From an uncultured Chloroflexia bacterium (GTDB taxonomy: Bacteria; Chloroflexota; Limnocylindria; QHBO01), in contig CAWFCQ010000006.1 of NCBI GenBank assembly GCA_963814375.1, positions 528-64,527 of the forward strand: a stretch of 64,000 bases of DNA, read 5' to 3'. The translations under genes and the position numbers were made by a program. This document shows positions 23,448-32,724 of the stretch, piece after piece (position 1 is the stretch's first letter; each line of letters opens with the position of its first letter). The notes under the pieces are model-generated. The model saw only the letters and a list, made by a program, of their open reading frames with translations, was not told where the DNA came from and ran no database searches.

Positions 23448-24113
23448 ATGGACAACCGTCGGCTCGCCGCACTGGTCGCTGGCTGCTTCATCGTCCTGGG
23501 CGGCTGCGCTGCCACCGGGGAGGTCGTCGTCGGCGATCCGGTGGTCATCACCTGGCCGGGCGACGCCGCGACGCTGGGCCAGGTGATCGTGAGCGTCACG
23601 AACGAGGCTGACGTGCCGATGGATCCGGATCTGTTCGGCCGCGGCAGCCAGACGGTGGCCAATCTGCTGGATGACGACGGTGGCGAGCTGCCAGGCGGCG
23701 ATGCCCGCGTGCAGCTGCACGCCGTGCCGGACATCCTCGCGCCGGGTGAGTCCGGGTACCTGATCGGGACGTTCGAGATCGCCGAGTCAGAAGGCGCCGT
23801 TGCCGACGCGAGCATCGAGCTCAACGCCGATGACAGCGACGCACGGGTGCCCGTCACGGTCAGCGCGATCGAGGTCACGACGACCGATGACGGAATCGGC
23901 GTGAACGGGCACGTCGACTGGAACGCGGAGGGGACGGCGGTGGCCCGTGCCATCGCGCTCGATGCCGACGGCAACGTGCTCGGCTACGCCGCGACCGACG
24001 AGGCCCGATACGTTCCCGGCGACGTGACCATGTGTTGCTTCCCACCCGGCGTCGAGCGCGACGAGATCGACGAGGTCGTGGTCTTCGGCGTCCAGGCCGA
24101 CGACGAGAACTGA
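23448..24113 (+). CDS. putative lipoprotein
   Basis: 221-aa ORF with signal peptide plus lipobox (VLGGC) and an acidic beta-rich body. Confidence 0.6.
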   Translation: MDNRRLAALVAGCFIVLGGCAATGEVVVGDPVVITWPGDAATLGQVIVSVTNEADVPMDPDLFGRGSQTVANLLDDDGGELPGGDARVQLHAVPDILAPGESGYLIGTFEIAESEGAVADASIELNADDSDARVPVTVSAIEVTTTDDGIGVNGHVDWNAEGTAVARAIALDADGNVLGYAATDEARYVPGDVTMCCFPPGVERDEIDEVVVFGVQADDEN

Positions 24114-24136
24114 CGCGGGCCCTGGAGGCGGCACGC

Positions 24137-24709
24137 TCAGCTGCAGGCGGATGGCTCGGGCCAGTGGCCGGTGATCGCGGCTTCCTCGTTGGGCGGGTCG
24201 CAGACGCCATACACGCCGTCGCGTCCGCTCGCGCGCAGGGTCCAGGTCGTCCCGCCCAGAGCGTCGGCGCGGGCGGGACATGGGTCGCTGACGACCGTCA
24301 GCGTCATCGTCTGCGCCCGGTGCTCCGGCAGCAGCCCAGCCCGGTCGACATCCCCGAGCTCGACCGTATAGCGGCCGACGGCATCGGGGCAGGCGGCGTC
24401 ATCGGTGACGAGCAGGTCGTTGCCATCGCGAGCGGCCCGGCCGGAGCCGGTGAAGGAAAGCGCCCCGGAGAGTGCGTAGGCCGTTCCGTTCAGCTCGAGT
24501 GTCGTGCCCAGCGGCTGGTCCGGGTCGCGGGTCCAGCGCCCGTCGAGGCCGGTGGAGGACGCGGCGTCGTCCTGCTGCGGCAGGATGCGGGGCCCGAGCA
24601 GCACCCAGCCGATCACGACGACCGCTATGAGGCCGAACAGGATCATCATCGGGCGCAGATCCGGCCGGTACTCCGACGGCGCCCTTCGTCGCGGGGGATC
24701 GCTGGACAC
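24137..24709 (-). CDS. membrane-anchored hypothetical protein
   Basis: 190-aa ORF with an N-terminal TM (MMILFGLIAVVVIGWVLL) and a Cys-containing extracytoplasmic domain. Confidence 0.55.
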   Translation of the reverse strand: MSSDPPRRRAPSEYRPDLRPMMILFGLIAVVVIGWVLLGPRILPQQDDAASSTGLDGRWTRDPDQPLGTTLELNGTAYALSGALSFTGSGRAARDGNDLLVTDDAACPDAVGRYTVELGDVDRAGLLPEHRAQTMTLTVVSDPCPARADALGGTTWTLRASGRDGVYGVCDPPNEEAAITGHWPEPSACS

Positions 24710-24718
24710 TCGGGGCGC

Positions 24719-25519
24719 CTAGATCTCGCCGAGATACGCCTGGCGGACCTGCTCGTTGGCGGCGAGATTGGCGGCCGTGTCGGCCAGGATGATGCGGCCG
24801 GTCTGGATCACGTAGCCGCGATGCGCGGCATTGAGCGCCATCAGCGCGTTCTGCTCGACGAGCAGGACGGTGACGTTCTGGGAGTTGATCTCGGTGATGA
24901 TCGAGAAGATCTGCTCGGTGAGGATTGGCGAGAGGCCCATCGACGGCTCGTCGAGGAGCAGGATGGTCGGCCTCGCCATGAGGGCGCGGCCGATCGCCAG
25001 CATCTGCTGCTCGCCACCCGACATCGTCCCCGCCTTCTGGCCGCGCCGCTCCTTGAGCCGGGGGAAGAGGCCGAAGACGCGGGCCACGTCGTCGTCGATC
25101 TTCTCGCGACCGCGGCTGAAGGCGCCCATCTGGAGGTTCTCGTAGACCGACATCCGGCTGAAGACGCGGCGGCCCTCGGGCGAGTGGCCGATGCCGAGCT
25201 TCACGACCTCGTGGGCCGGAATGGCGTGGATCGGCTTCCCCGACAGGCGGATCGCTCCGCTCCTGGGCTTGTGCGTTCCGCTGATCGCGCGCAGGGTCGT
25301 GCTCTTGCCGGCGCCGTTCGAGCCGATGAGGGTCACGATCTCGCCGGCGAAGACCTCCATCGAGAGGCCCTTCAGCGCCTCGATGTTGCCGTAGAAGACG
25401 TGCAGGTCCTCGAGCTCGAGCAGCGGCGCCCTGCCATTCGTCGTCTGGGCCGCGGTACCGGTCGCCGTCGGGAGCTCGTCGACGGCTGAGGGATCGGCAG
25501 GATGCTCGGTCGGGGTCAT
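24719..25519 (-). CDS. livF: branched-chain amino acid ABC transporter ATP-binding protein
   Basis: GSNGAGKST, LSGGEQQML, LLLDEP. 4-nt ATGA overlap with livG. Confidence 0.9.
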   Translation of the reverse strand: MTPTEHPADPSAVDELPTATGTAAQTTNGRAPLLELEDLHVFYGNIEALKGLSMEVFAGEIVTLIGSNGAGKSTTLRAISGTHKPRSGAIRLSGKPIHAIPAHEVVKLGIGHSPEGRRVFSRMSVYENLQMGAFSRGREKIDDDVARVFGLFPRLKERRGQKAGTMSGGEQQMLAIGRALMARPTILLLDEPSMGLSPILTEQIFSIITEINSQNVTVLLVEQNALMALNAAHRGYVIQTGRIILADTAANLAANEQVRQAYLGEI

Positions 25520-26355
25520 GCGCTCGCCTGCTTGCCGAGATAGGCCTCGATGACGCGCTGGTTCGTCCGGATCTCCTCCGGCTTGCCCTCGGCGATCTTC
25601 TCGCCGTAGTCGAGCACGGTGATCCGCTCGCTGACCCCCATCACGACCTTCATGTCGTGCTCGATGAGGAGGATCGTCAGCCCGAGCTCCGTCCGGAGAC
25701 GCGCGATGAAGTTCGTCATGCGCTGGGTCTCACCGGGATTCATGCCGGCCGTGGGCTCGTCCAGCAGCAGGAGTTTCGGGTCGCTGGCGAGCGCCCGCGC
25801 CACCTCGAGGCGGCGCTGCTCGCCGTAGGGCAGGTTCTTGGCGAGGTCCTGCTCGTAGCGCCGTGGCACGCCGACGAGATCGAGCAGCTCGCGTGCCCGC
25901 TGCCGCGTCTCATCCTCCTCGCGCTTGACGCGCGGCAGGCCCAGGATCACCTCGTACCACTGGGTCTTGAGGCGCGCATGACGCCCGACCATCACGTTGG
26001 CGAGGACGGTCATGTCGGAAAAGAGGCGGATGTTCTGGTACGTCCGGCCGATGCCGAGCTCGGCCACGTCGTTCGGCGCGAGGCCCACGATGTTCACGCC
26101 GTCGAAGACGATGGCGCCGGATGTCGGCTGGTAGTAGCCGCTGATCTGGTTGAAGAGGGTCGTCTTGCCCGCGCCGTTCGGCCCGATGATCGAGACGATC
26201 GATCGGCGCGGGATGGTGAAGTCAATGTCGCGGTTGGCGACCAGGCCGCCGAAGACTTTCGTCAGCTGCGTGACCTCGACGATCGAGCCCCGATCCTCGC
26301 CTTCGTCGGGCGAGGTGACCGGCGGAGGCGCGTCCGGCGTCTGCTGCACGGTCAT
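25516..26355 (-). CDS. livG: branched-chain amino acid ABC transporter ATP-binding protein
   Basis: GPNGAGKTT, LPYGEQRRLEVA, LLLDEPTAG. It overlaps livM. Confidence 0.9.
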   Translation of the reverse strand: MTVQQTPDAPPPVTSPDEGEDRGSIVEVTQLTKVFGGLVANRDIDFTIPRRSIVSIIGPNGAGKTTLFNQISGYYQPTSGAIVFDGVNIVGLAPNDVAELGIGRTYQNIRLFSDMTVLANVMVGRHARLKTQWYEVILGLPRVKREEDETRQRARELLDLVGVPRRYEQDLAKNLPYGEQRRLEVARALASDPKLLLLDEPTAGMNPGETQRMTNFIARLRTELGLTILLIEHDMKVVMGVSERITVLDYGEKIAEGKPEEIRTNQRVIEAYLGKQASA

Positions 26356-28079
26356 GCGGCGGTGATCTCCGGTCTGCCGGTCTCGATGCCGGCCTCGTGG
26401 TCGTATTGCACGTCGGGGTCATCCGACTCGTGGAGCTCGCGCCTTCGCATGGCGCTCGGCACGAGGCCCTCGGGTCGGAGGAGCATCATCGCAACGAGCA
26501 CGGCGCCGTACACGAGCAGCCGGTACTCGTCGAACTCACGCAGGAACTCAGGCAGCCCGACCAGGACGAGAGCCCCGACGACGACGCCGGGGATGCTGCC
26601 CATGCCGCCGAGGATGATGACGGCCAAGACGGTGATCGAGACGAGAATCTCGAAGCTGTGCGGGAAGATCGATCCGATCTTCGCGGCGAACAGCGCGCCC
26701 GAGAGGCAGCCGAACACCGCCCCCAGCGAGAAGGCCAGCAGCTTGTAGTTCGTGGTGTTGATGCCGGTCGCCTCGGCCACCGACTCGTCCTCGCGCATCG
26801 CGTTCCAAGCGCGTCCCACGCGCGATGTCGCCAGCCGATGCGCGACGAAGGCGAAGATCACGCAGGCGACGAGGATTGGGTAGTAGATGCTCTCCGGCTC
26901 CCGCCCTGGCCACTCGAGGCCGGGCAGCGAGGGCGGTGGAATGCTGAGGATGCCCTGTCCCGCGTTCGTGAATTCTTTCAGCCAGTCGGAGAGGAAGAGC
27001 AGGCGCACGATCTCGCCGAACCCGAGGGTGACGATCGCGAGGTAATCGCCCCGCAACCGGAGGACCGGCGCGCCGATGACGATGCCGGCGATGGCGCCGA
27101 TGAGGATGACGATGGGCAGGACGACCCAGAAGTTGAGTTCGAGCGCCAGGAACGACTGCGGCGACGTCAGGAGGGCGACCGCGTACGCGCCGATCGCGTA
27201 GAAGGCCACGTATCCGAGATCGAGCAGGCCGGCGTAGCCGACGACGATGTTCAGACCGAGGCCGAGCAGGATATAGAGGCCCGCCGTCCCGACGACATCG
27301 CTCGGAAAACGTCCGACCACGAGCGGCAGGAGCAGCAGCACCACCGCCACGACCCCGTAGAGGATGAGGCTGCCGCGCCGGTCCTTGGGCCTGATGAAGG
27401 CCTCCAACGGCTCCCTCACCGGAGACGCCGGCGCACGGCGAAGCCAGACAAGGGCGGCGCTGATCGCGCCGATCACGATCGCGCCGGGCACGGTCAGGGC
27501 GCCCCTGCTGTAGAAGAAGCTGGCCAGAGTCCGCTGCCCGAGCTCGCCGAGCATGACGCGGAAGACCTGCTCCAGGATGCTGAAGACGACGATCGCGATG
27601 CCCGCGGTGACGACCATGCGGGTCGGGAGCGGCGGCAGGACCTGGAGGATGCCACCCACCCCCCCCAGCAGCGCGCCGCCGACGGTGAGCGCGATGGCTC
27701 CCAGGGCGACCGGCTCCAGGCCGAACGTGATCGTCTCGATCGACGCGGGTGACAGGTTGACGAAGATGTCGCGCAGGTCGACGGCGCTCGCGAACATCGC
27801 GAACAGCCCGAGCAGGGCACCGGCGGCGGCGCCGGCGGTCGCGCCGCGCATGAACGCGGACGTGGTCGTCGGCTCCGGATCCCTGGCACTTGGCCGCGCG
27901 CCGATGACGCCGGTGCCGATGGCCACGATGGCCAGCATGGCGGTGCTCAGCGACAGGACGTCGGTGATGACCTCGCGCCGCGCCAACGCCTCGACGAAGC
28001 CGATCGTCACGACGAAGATCATCGAGCCGCCGGCGATGAGTCCGACCCGGACGGCTGGCATCAGCCCGTCGCGCATCAC
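26352..28079 (-). CDS. livM: branched-chain amino acid ABC transporter permease with long N-terminal membrane extension
   Basis: 575-aa ORF. The C-terminal ~320 aa are LivM-like. The N-terminal ~250 aa add further TM helices. Confidence 0.85.
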   Translation of the reverse strand: MMRDGLMPAVRVGLIAGGSMIFVVTIGFVEALARREVITDVLSLSTAMLAIVAIGTGVIGARPSARDPEPTTTSAFMRGATAGAAAGALLGLFAMFASAVDLRDIFVNLSPASIETITFGLEPVALGAIALTVGGALLGGVGGILQVLPPLPTRMVVTAGIAIVVFSILEQVFRVMLGELGQRTLASFFYSRGALTVPGAIVIGAISAALVWLRRAPASPVREPLEAFIRPKDRRGSLILYGVVAVVLLLLPLVVGRFPSDVVGTAGLYILLGLGLNIVVGYAGLLDLGYVAFYAIGAYAVALLTSPQSFLALELNFWVVLPIVILIGAIAGIVIGAPVLRLRGDYLAIVTLGFGEIVRLLFLSDWLKEFTNAGQGILSIPPPSLPGLEWPGREPESIYYPILVACVIFAFVAHRLATSRVGRAWNAMREDESVAEATGINTTNYKLLAFSLGAVFGCLSGALFAAKIGSIFPHSFEILVSITVLAVIILGGMGSIPGVVVGALVLVGLPEFLREFDEYRLLVYGAVLVAMMLLRPEGLVPSAMRRRELHESDDPDVQYDHEAGIETGRPEITAA

Positions 28080-29113
28080 TGCTCCCTGCTTCCGAGGATC
28101 CCCGACGGCCTCACGATGAGGACGATGATGAGGACGGCGAAGGCGATGCCATCACGCAGCTGGTTGGCACCGGGAACGCCGTAGCCGGTGAGGAAGAGGT
28201 TCGGCCCGACCTGCTCGAGGATGCCGAGCGTGAAGCCGCCCAGCATCGCCCCGGCGATGTTGCCGATTCCTCCGAGCACGGCCGCGGTGAAGGCCTTGAT
28301 GCCGGGGATGACCCCCATCGCGAAGAAGACCTGGCTGAAGATGAGCGCGTAGAGGACGCCGGCGGCACCGGCCAGGACGCCGCCGATCGCGAAGGTGCGC
28401 ACGATCGTGGCATCCACGTTGATGCCCATCAGCGCCGCCGTGTCGCGGTCCTCGGACACGGCTCGCATCGCGCGGCCGGTGCGCGTCCGGTTGATGAGAT
28501 ACCAGAGACCGAGCATGAGCGCGATCGCGCTGAAAATGACCATGAGCTCGGTGGCCGCGAACGGGATCCCGGCGATGGTGATGGTGCCGTCGAGGGCCGG
28601 GATATTCGGGTACGAACGCACACCGCTGCCATACAGGCCGCGGAACGCGTACTGGAGGAACAGGGACGCGCCGATGGCCGTGATGAGCGGCACCAGCCTC
28701 GGGGCATTCCGGAGCCTGCGATACGCGATCCGCTCGAGCAGGATGGCGATGACCATCGACGTGATCATCGAGACGAGGAAGATGATGGCGATCGAGACGA
28801 CCGGGTTGTTGTCGATGAGCCCCGCGTCGGCGAGCGCCGCTGCGGCGAAGTAGCCGGTGAAGGCGCCGGCCATGAACACCTCGCCGTGGGCGAAGTTGAT
28901 CATGAAGAGGATGCCGTAGACGAGCGTGTAGCCCAGTGCGATGAGCGCATACACCGCGCCGAGCGCGATGCCATTGATGATGAGGTCCCGCCACTGCGTC
29001 GCGGTGTAGGTCCCCTGTGCCAGGGTGAGAACCGAGCCGATGATCATGGCGCCGAGGAGCACGGCAGCCACGAGCCACAGGGTGACCGTGACCAGCGAGA
29101 TCCGGCGGGTCAT
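28076..29113 (-). CDS. livH: branched-chain amino acid ABC transporter permease
   Basis: 345-aa ORF, typical LivH (INFAHGE...). Confidence 0.9.
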   Translation of the reverse strand: MTRRISLVTVTLWLVAAVLLGAMIIGSVLTLAQGTYTATQWRDLIINGIALGAVYALIALGYTLVYGILFMINFAHGEVFMAGAFTGYFAAAALADAGLIDNNPVVSIAIIFLVSMITSMVIAILLERIAYRRLRNAPRLVPLITAIGASLFLQYAFRGLYGSGVRSYPNIPALDGTITIAGIPFAATELMVIFSAIALMLGLWYLINRTRTGRAMRAVSEDRDTAALMGINVDATIVRTFAIGGVLAGAAGVLYALIFSQVFFAMGVIPGIKAFTAAVLGGIGNIAGAMLGGFTLGILEQVGPNLFLTGYGVPGANQLRDGIAFAVLIIVLIVRPSGILGSREQ

Positions 29114-29141
29114 GCGCAGCCTCCAGGTCGGCGGGAATGTG

Positions 29142-29173
29142 CTTCAGGGTGGGGCCGAAGCCCCACCCTGAAG
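29142..29173 (-). terminator. perfect 14-bp stem / UUCG-loop hairpin between the binding-protein gene and livH (intercistronic attenuator or stabiliser)
   Basis: CTTCAGGGTGGGGC-CGAA-GCCCCACCCTGAAG. The loop reads UUCG on the transcribed minus strand. No U-tract follows. Confidence 0.45.
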
Positions 29174-29198
29174 ATGGACTGCCTAGTCGATCGGCAGG

Positions 29199-30497
29199 CT
29201 ACTCGAGGTCGCCTTCAACCGAGTTCCAGATCGGCACGAACTCGCCCTCGCGGACCTGGCGGACCGTGATCGTCGAGTTGGCGCAGTCACCGTTCTCGTT
29301 GCAGGTCAGCATGCCGGTCAGGCCGTCGTAATCGGCCAGCTCGGCGATGTGGTCTCGCAGCGCGGTGCGCGAGATGAACAGCGTGCCATCCTCCTCGATG
29401 CCCACGGCCTCGATGGCGTCGGCAACGATGTTGTAGGCGTCGTACGCGTGAGCGTGGAAGGCCGCGATCGGCTCCTCCTCACCCGAGACCTCGGTGTACG
29501 CCGGCAGGAAGTCGTTCTGGTAGCGGTCACCGAAGTCGGCCTGCGGACCCGAGAGGTACATCCCCTCGACATTCTCCGCACCGGCGGCCTCGATGAAGGA
29601 CGGGCTCAGCAGGCCGTCGGCGCCGGCGAGGATCGTGTCCTCCAGGCCCTCGGTGCCGCCAGCCTGGCGGGCGACCTGGCCGCCTGCCTGGGTGAAGATC
29701 GGGAAGAAGAGGAACTCGGGCGTCCCGGCGGCGAGCGAGGTCAGCTGACCGCTGACGTCGGTTGCCTCCGGATCGACCGCCTCGGTCCCGGTGATCTCAC
29801 CACCGAGCTCGATGAAGCTGTCCTGGAAGACCTGCTGCAGCTGCTCGGTGTAGGGGCCGCCGTCATGGATGGTGGCAGCGGTCGTGACACCCAGCACGTT
29901 GAAGGCGAAGTCCGCCATCGCAGCGCCCTGGATCTCATCGTTGTGGGCCGTCCTGAAGAAGAACGGCTGGCGCGCATCGGGCAGGGTCAGGCCCGGTGCG
30001 GTGGCCGAGGGTGACAGGAGCAGGATCCCGGCGCCGCTGAGGATCTCGGATGCCGGAACGCCGGCGCTCGAGCAGCTCGTCCCGATCACCGCGGCAATCG
30101 TGGTGTCGGAAACAAGCGACTGGGCGACGGTCGTGCCACCCTCCGCGCTGCAACCGTCATCGTTGAACGCGAGCTCGACCTCGTGTCCCATAACCTCGGG
30201 TCGCTCCTCTTGGGCGACCTGTGCGCCGTACTGGGCATCGAGACCAAGGCTCGAGTCCGGGCCATTGATGACGAGTGCGGTGGCGATGTTAATCGCCTCT
30301 CCGTCGGCCACTTCGACGCAGCCGAACTCATCGGCCTCGCAGGTCTCAGCTGCGCTTGCGCCGCCCGGGCTCTCCGCCGCGCTCTCGCCCGCGCTCTCGC
30401 TCGGCTCCTCGCTGCTGCCGCCGCCGTCCGACGAACATGCGGCGAGAACGAGCATGAGCACGACGAGGATGACGCTCCATCGCGTGTACTTCTGCAT
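29199..30497 (-). CDS. branched-chain amino acid ABC transporter substrate-binding lipoprotein
   Basis: Reading from MQKYTRWSVILVVLMLVLAACS (lipobox), GGAGGA RBS, type-I periplasmic binding fold signature. Confidence 0.85.
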   Translation of the reverse strand: MQKYTRWSVILVVLMLVLAACSSDGGGSSEEPSESAGESAAESPGGASAAETCEADEFGCVEVADGEAINIATALVINGPDSSLGLDAQYGAQVAQEERPEVMGHEVELAFNDDGCSAEGGTTVAQSLVSDTTIAAVIGTSCSSAGVPASEILSGAGILLLSPSATAPGLTLPDARQPFFFRTAHNDEIQGAAMADFAFNVLGVTTAATIHDGGPYTEQLQQVFQDSFIELGGEITGTEAVDPEATDVSGQLTSLAAGTPEFLFFPIFTQAGGQVARQAGGTEGLEDTILAGADGLLSPSFIEAAGAENVEGMYLSGPQADFGDRYQNDFLPAYTEVSGEEEPIAAFHAHAYDAYNIVADAIEAVGIEEDGTLFISRTALRDHIAELADYDGLTGMLTCNENGDCANSTITVRQVREGEFVPIWNSVEGDLE

Positions 30498-30738
30498 CCG
30501 ATTGCTTCCTCCAGTGGGTTTGCTCGGGAACGACGCGCATGCGCGAGCCCGGCGTGTCAAGTGCGCGGCATCATAGCGGCGCCCCGTCGCGCGGCGCAAT
30601 ACGGTTGCGCTGCGGCGTGCTAACCGTACGGCATGAAGGCTCCGGGGGTTCAGGAGCGATCCGTGCTATCCTCGGGCAGGTTGTCCTGCAGCCTTCGCTG
30701 CGAACCGCACCCGGCCCTTCGTTGGAAGGGAGCCTTCG

Positions 30739-31194
30739 TTGGAGGTTCACGTCCGCAGCGCCCGCCAGACCGATCTCGATGCCGCCGTCCGCCTCCTGGC
30801 TCACGACGACGCGGGTCACGACGGCGAGCAGAGTGGCGCGGCCTACCTGCGCAGCCTCCTCTTCGTTCCCTCGGCGACGGTCATCGTGGCTGAGTCCGAA
30901 CGGCGCGTGGTTGGCGTGGGAGTCCTCGCCATCAGGCCATCGGTGCGTTCAGGCCCGTTCGTCGGCATCGTCGACGAGCTGGCCATCGACGGAGGGCTGT
31001 CGAACGCCGCCGACCGGCGACGGGTTGCCGACGAGATCGTCGAGCACCTCGCCACCTCGGCACGAAACAAGGGCTGCACGCGCATCGAGGCTGCCGAGCC
31101 GCTGGCATCCGCTGAACCGTCGCTCTGGAAGCGACTGAGGTTCGCGAGCCGCGGCCGGACCCTTGGCCGGCCACTGGGCCGAACCATCGGCTGA
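30739..31194 (+). CDS. GNAT-family N-acetyltransferase
   Basis: 151-aa ORF: VVGVGVLAIRP...GIVDELAI...R.G. TTG start. Confidence 0.7.
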   Translation: MEVHVRSARQTDLDAAVRLLAHDDAGHDGEQSGAAYLRSLLFVPSATVIVAESERRVVGVGVLAIRPSVRSGPFVGIVDELAIDGGLSNAADRRRVADEIVEHLATSARNKGCTRIEAAEPLASAEPSLWKRLRFASRGRTLGRPLGRTIG

Positions 31195-31246
31195 GCCGAC
31201 CGGCGCGATCGGCCATAACAAACACCTACAGGAGAAGAGCTCAACC

Positions 31247-32641
31247 GTGAGCAAGAACGTGGCGATGTTCGTTGACGTCGCCAACATGTACTACGCGGCT
31301 CGAGGCCAGGACGTCGACGTCGATTACGTCGCCCTCCTCAAGCACGCTACCAAGGGGCGCGACCTCATTCGCGCCTACGCATACACCGGGCTCGACCCGG
31401 AAAACGAGAACCAGCGCAAGTTCATCGACTTCCTGGCGAAGAACGGCTACAAGCCCGTCGTCAAGGACATCCGCAAGTTCGGCGACGGCCGGATGAAGGC
31501 GAACCTCGATATCGAGCTCGTCGTCGACCTGTTCCGCCTGGCCGACCGAATGGACATCGCCGTCATCGTGTCGGGCGACGGCGACTTCGCGCCGGCCATC
31601 CGCGCCCTCCAGGACAAGGGGGTGCGCGCCGAGGTGATCAGCTTCAAGCCGAACACCTCGTCCGACCTCATCGCGGTCGCCGACGACTTCATGGACATCA
31701 TGAAGGTCGCCTCGATCAGCCGGAAGGAGGGACGCGCCGTGCGTGACAGCATGAGCGCGCCCGAGATGCCGGCCAAGGAGGTCACTCCCGAGTTCGGGTT
31801 CCGTGAGGCGTCGCCCTCCGTGGCAGCGGCCGCACTGGCCGCGATCAAGGGTGGCGGACCCGCGGCACCCGCCGCGCGTCGTGGACGCGGGACGGGTCGG
31901 GCGACCACGGGCCGCACCGCTGCACCGAAGTCGGAAGAGGCGCCGGCCGAGCCGGCCGCCGCCGTCGCTGTCACCGAGACGACCGTGGAGGGCGGCGAGG
32001 AAGCCCGGCGCCGCCGCCGTCGCCGCGGTGGCAGAGGGCGCGGGCGCTCGCGCCGCGAGGACGAGTCGACGACTGCACCCATCACCACCGGCGACGAGGA
32101 GATCGGCTGGGAGGAGTTCGACGACCTCAGCCAGCTCGATGGTGCCGAAAGCGCTCCCGAGGGGGAGCGCGAGTACGGCTTCGAAGAGGCCGATGCCGCC
32201 ACCCTCGCCGAGCTCGGCATCAGCCCTGACGACGCTGCCGCCGAACCAGCCGCAGCGGAAGAGAAGCCAAAGCGATCTCGGTCGCCTCGCGCACGTAAGC
32301 CGGATGCCTCATCCGCGCCCGCCACCGAAGGCGAGGCCGATGCCGATGCGGACGCCAAGCCGGCCCGACGCTCGCGCGCGAAGAAGGCGTCGTCGGCCGA
32401 CACCTCGGACGAGAAGGCGAAGCCAGCTCGAACGCGGTCGACGCGCAGTGGATCGAAGGCAGCAGCCGGAGACGGCGCGGCCGTCGAGCCGAAGTCGAAG
32501 AAGGCGACGACCCCCTCGGCCACCGAGAGCCCTGCTGGCGATGTTGCCGCGAACGAGACCGCAACGGTCCCGCCCGGCGAGCCGCAGGGTATCTGGGGCC
32601 GGTTCCGCTCCGCTCGCAAGCCACGAGGGACCACGGCCTGA
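31247..32641 (+). CDS. NYN/LabA-like (PIN-fold) domain protein with ~300-aa low-complexity charged tail
   Basis: GTG 31247 after a GGAG RBS. N-terminal sequence is VAMFVDVANMYY...DIELVVD...IVSGDGDFAPAI. The remainder is an A/E/R/K/P-rich tail with RRRRRRRGGRGRGRSRR. Confidence 0.75.
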   Translation: MSKNVAMFVDVANMYYAARGQDVDVDYVALLKHATKGRDLIRAYAYTGLDPENENQRKFIDFLAKNGYKPVVKDIRKFGDGRMKANLDIELVVDLFRLADRMDIAVIVSGDGDFAPAIRALQDKGVRAEVISFKPNTSSDLIAVADDFMDIMKVASISRKEGRAVRDSMSAPEMPAKEVTPEFGFREASPSVAAAALAAIKGGGPAAPAARRGRGTGRATTGRTAAPKSEEAPAEPAAAVAVTETTVEGGEEARRRRRRRGGRGRGRSRREDESTTAPITTGDEEIGWEEFDDLSQLDGAESAPEGEREYGFEEADAATLAELGISPDDAAAEPAAAEEKPKRSRSPRARKPDASSAPATEGEADADADAKPARRSRAKKASSADTSDEKAKPARTRSTRSGSKAAAGDGAAVEPKSKKATTPSATESPAGDVAANETATVPPGEPQGIWGRFRSARKPRGTTA

Positions 32642-32724
32642 GCCGCGCCGTCTGACGGCGCCCCCGCCCGCAAACGGAAACGCCCCGGTCCGCGAGGATC
32701 GGGGCGTTTCGCTGTCCGGTCAGA

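Noticed and set aside
30535-30546. 12-bp palindrome CGCGCATGCGCG upstream of the liv binding-protein gene as a specific operator
   Set aside because: It is a single GC-rich palindrome of a kind expected by chance in this composition. There is no second copy and no partner regulator nearby.
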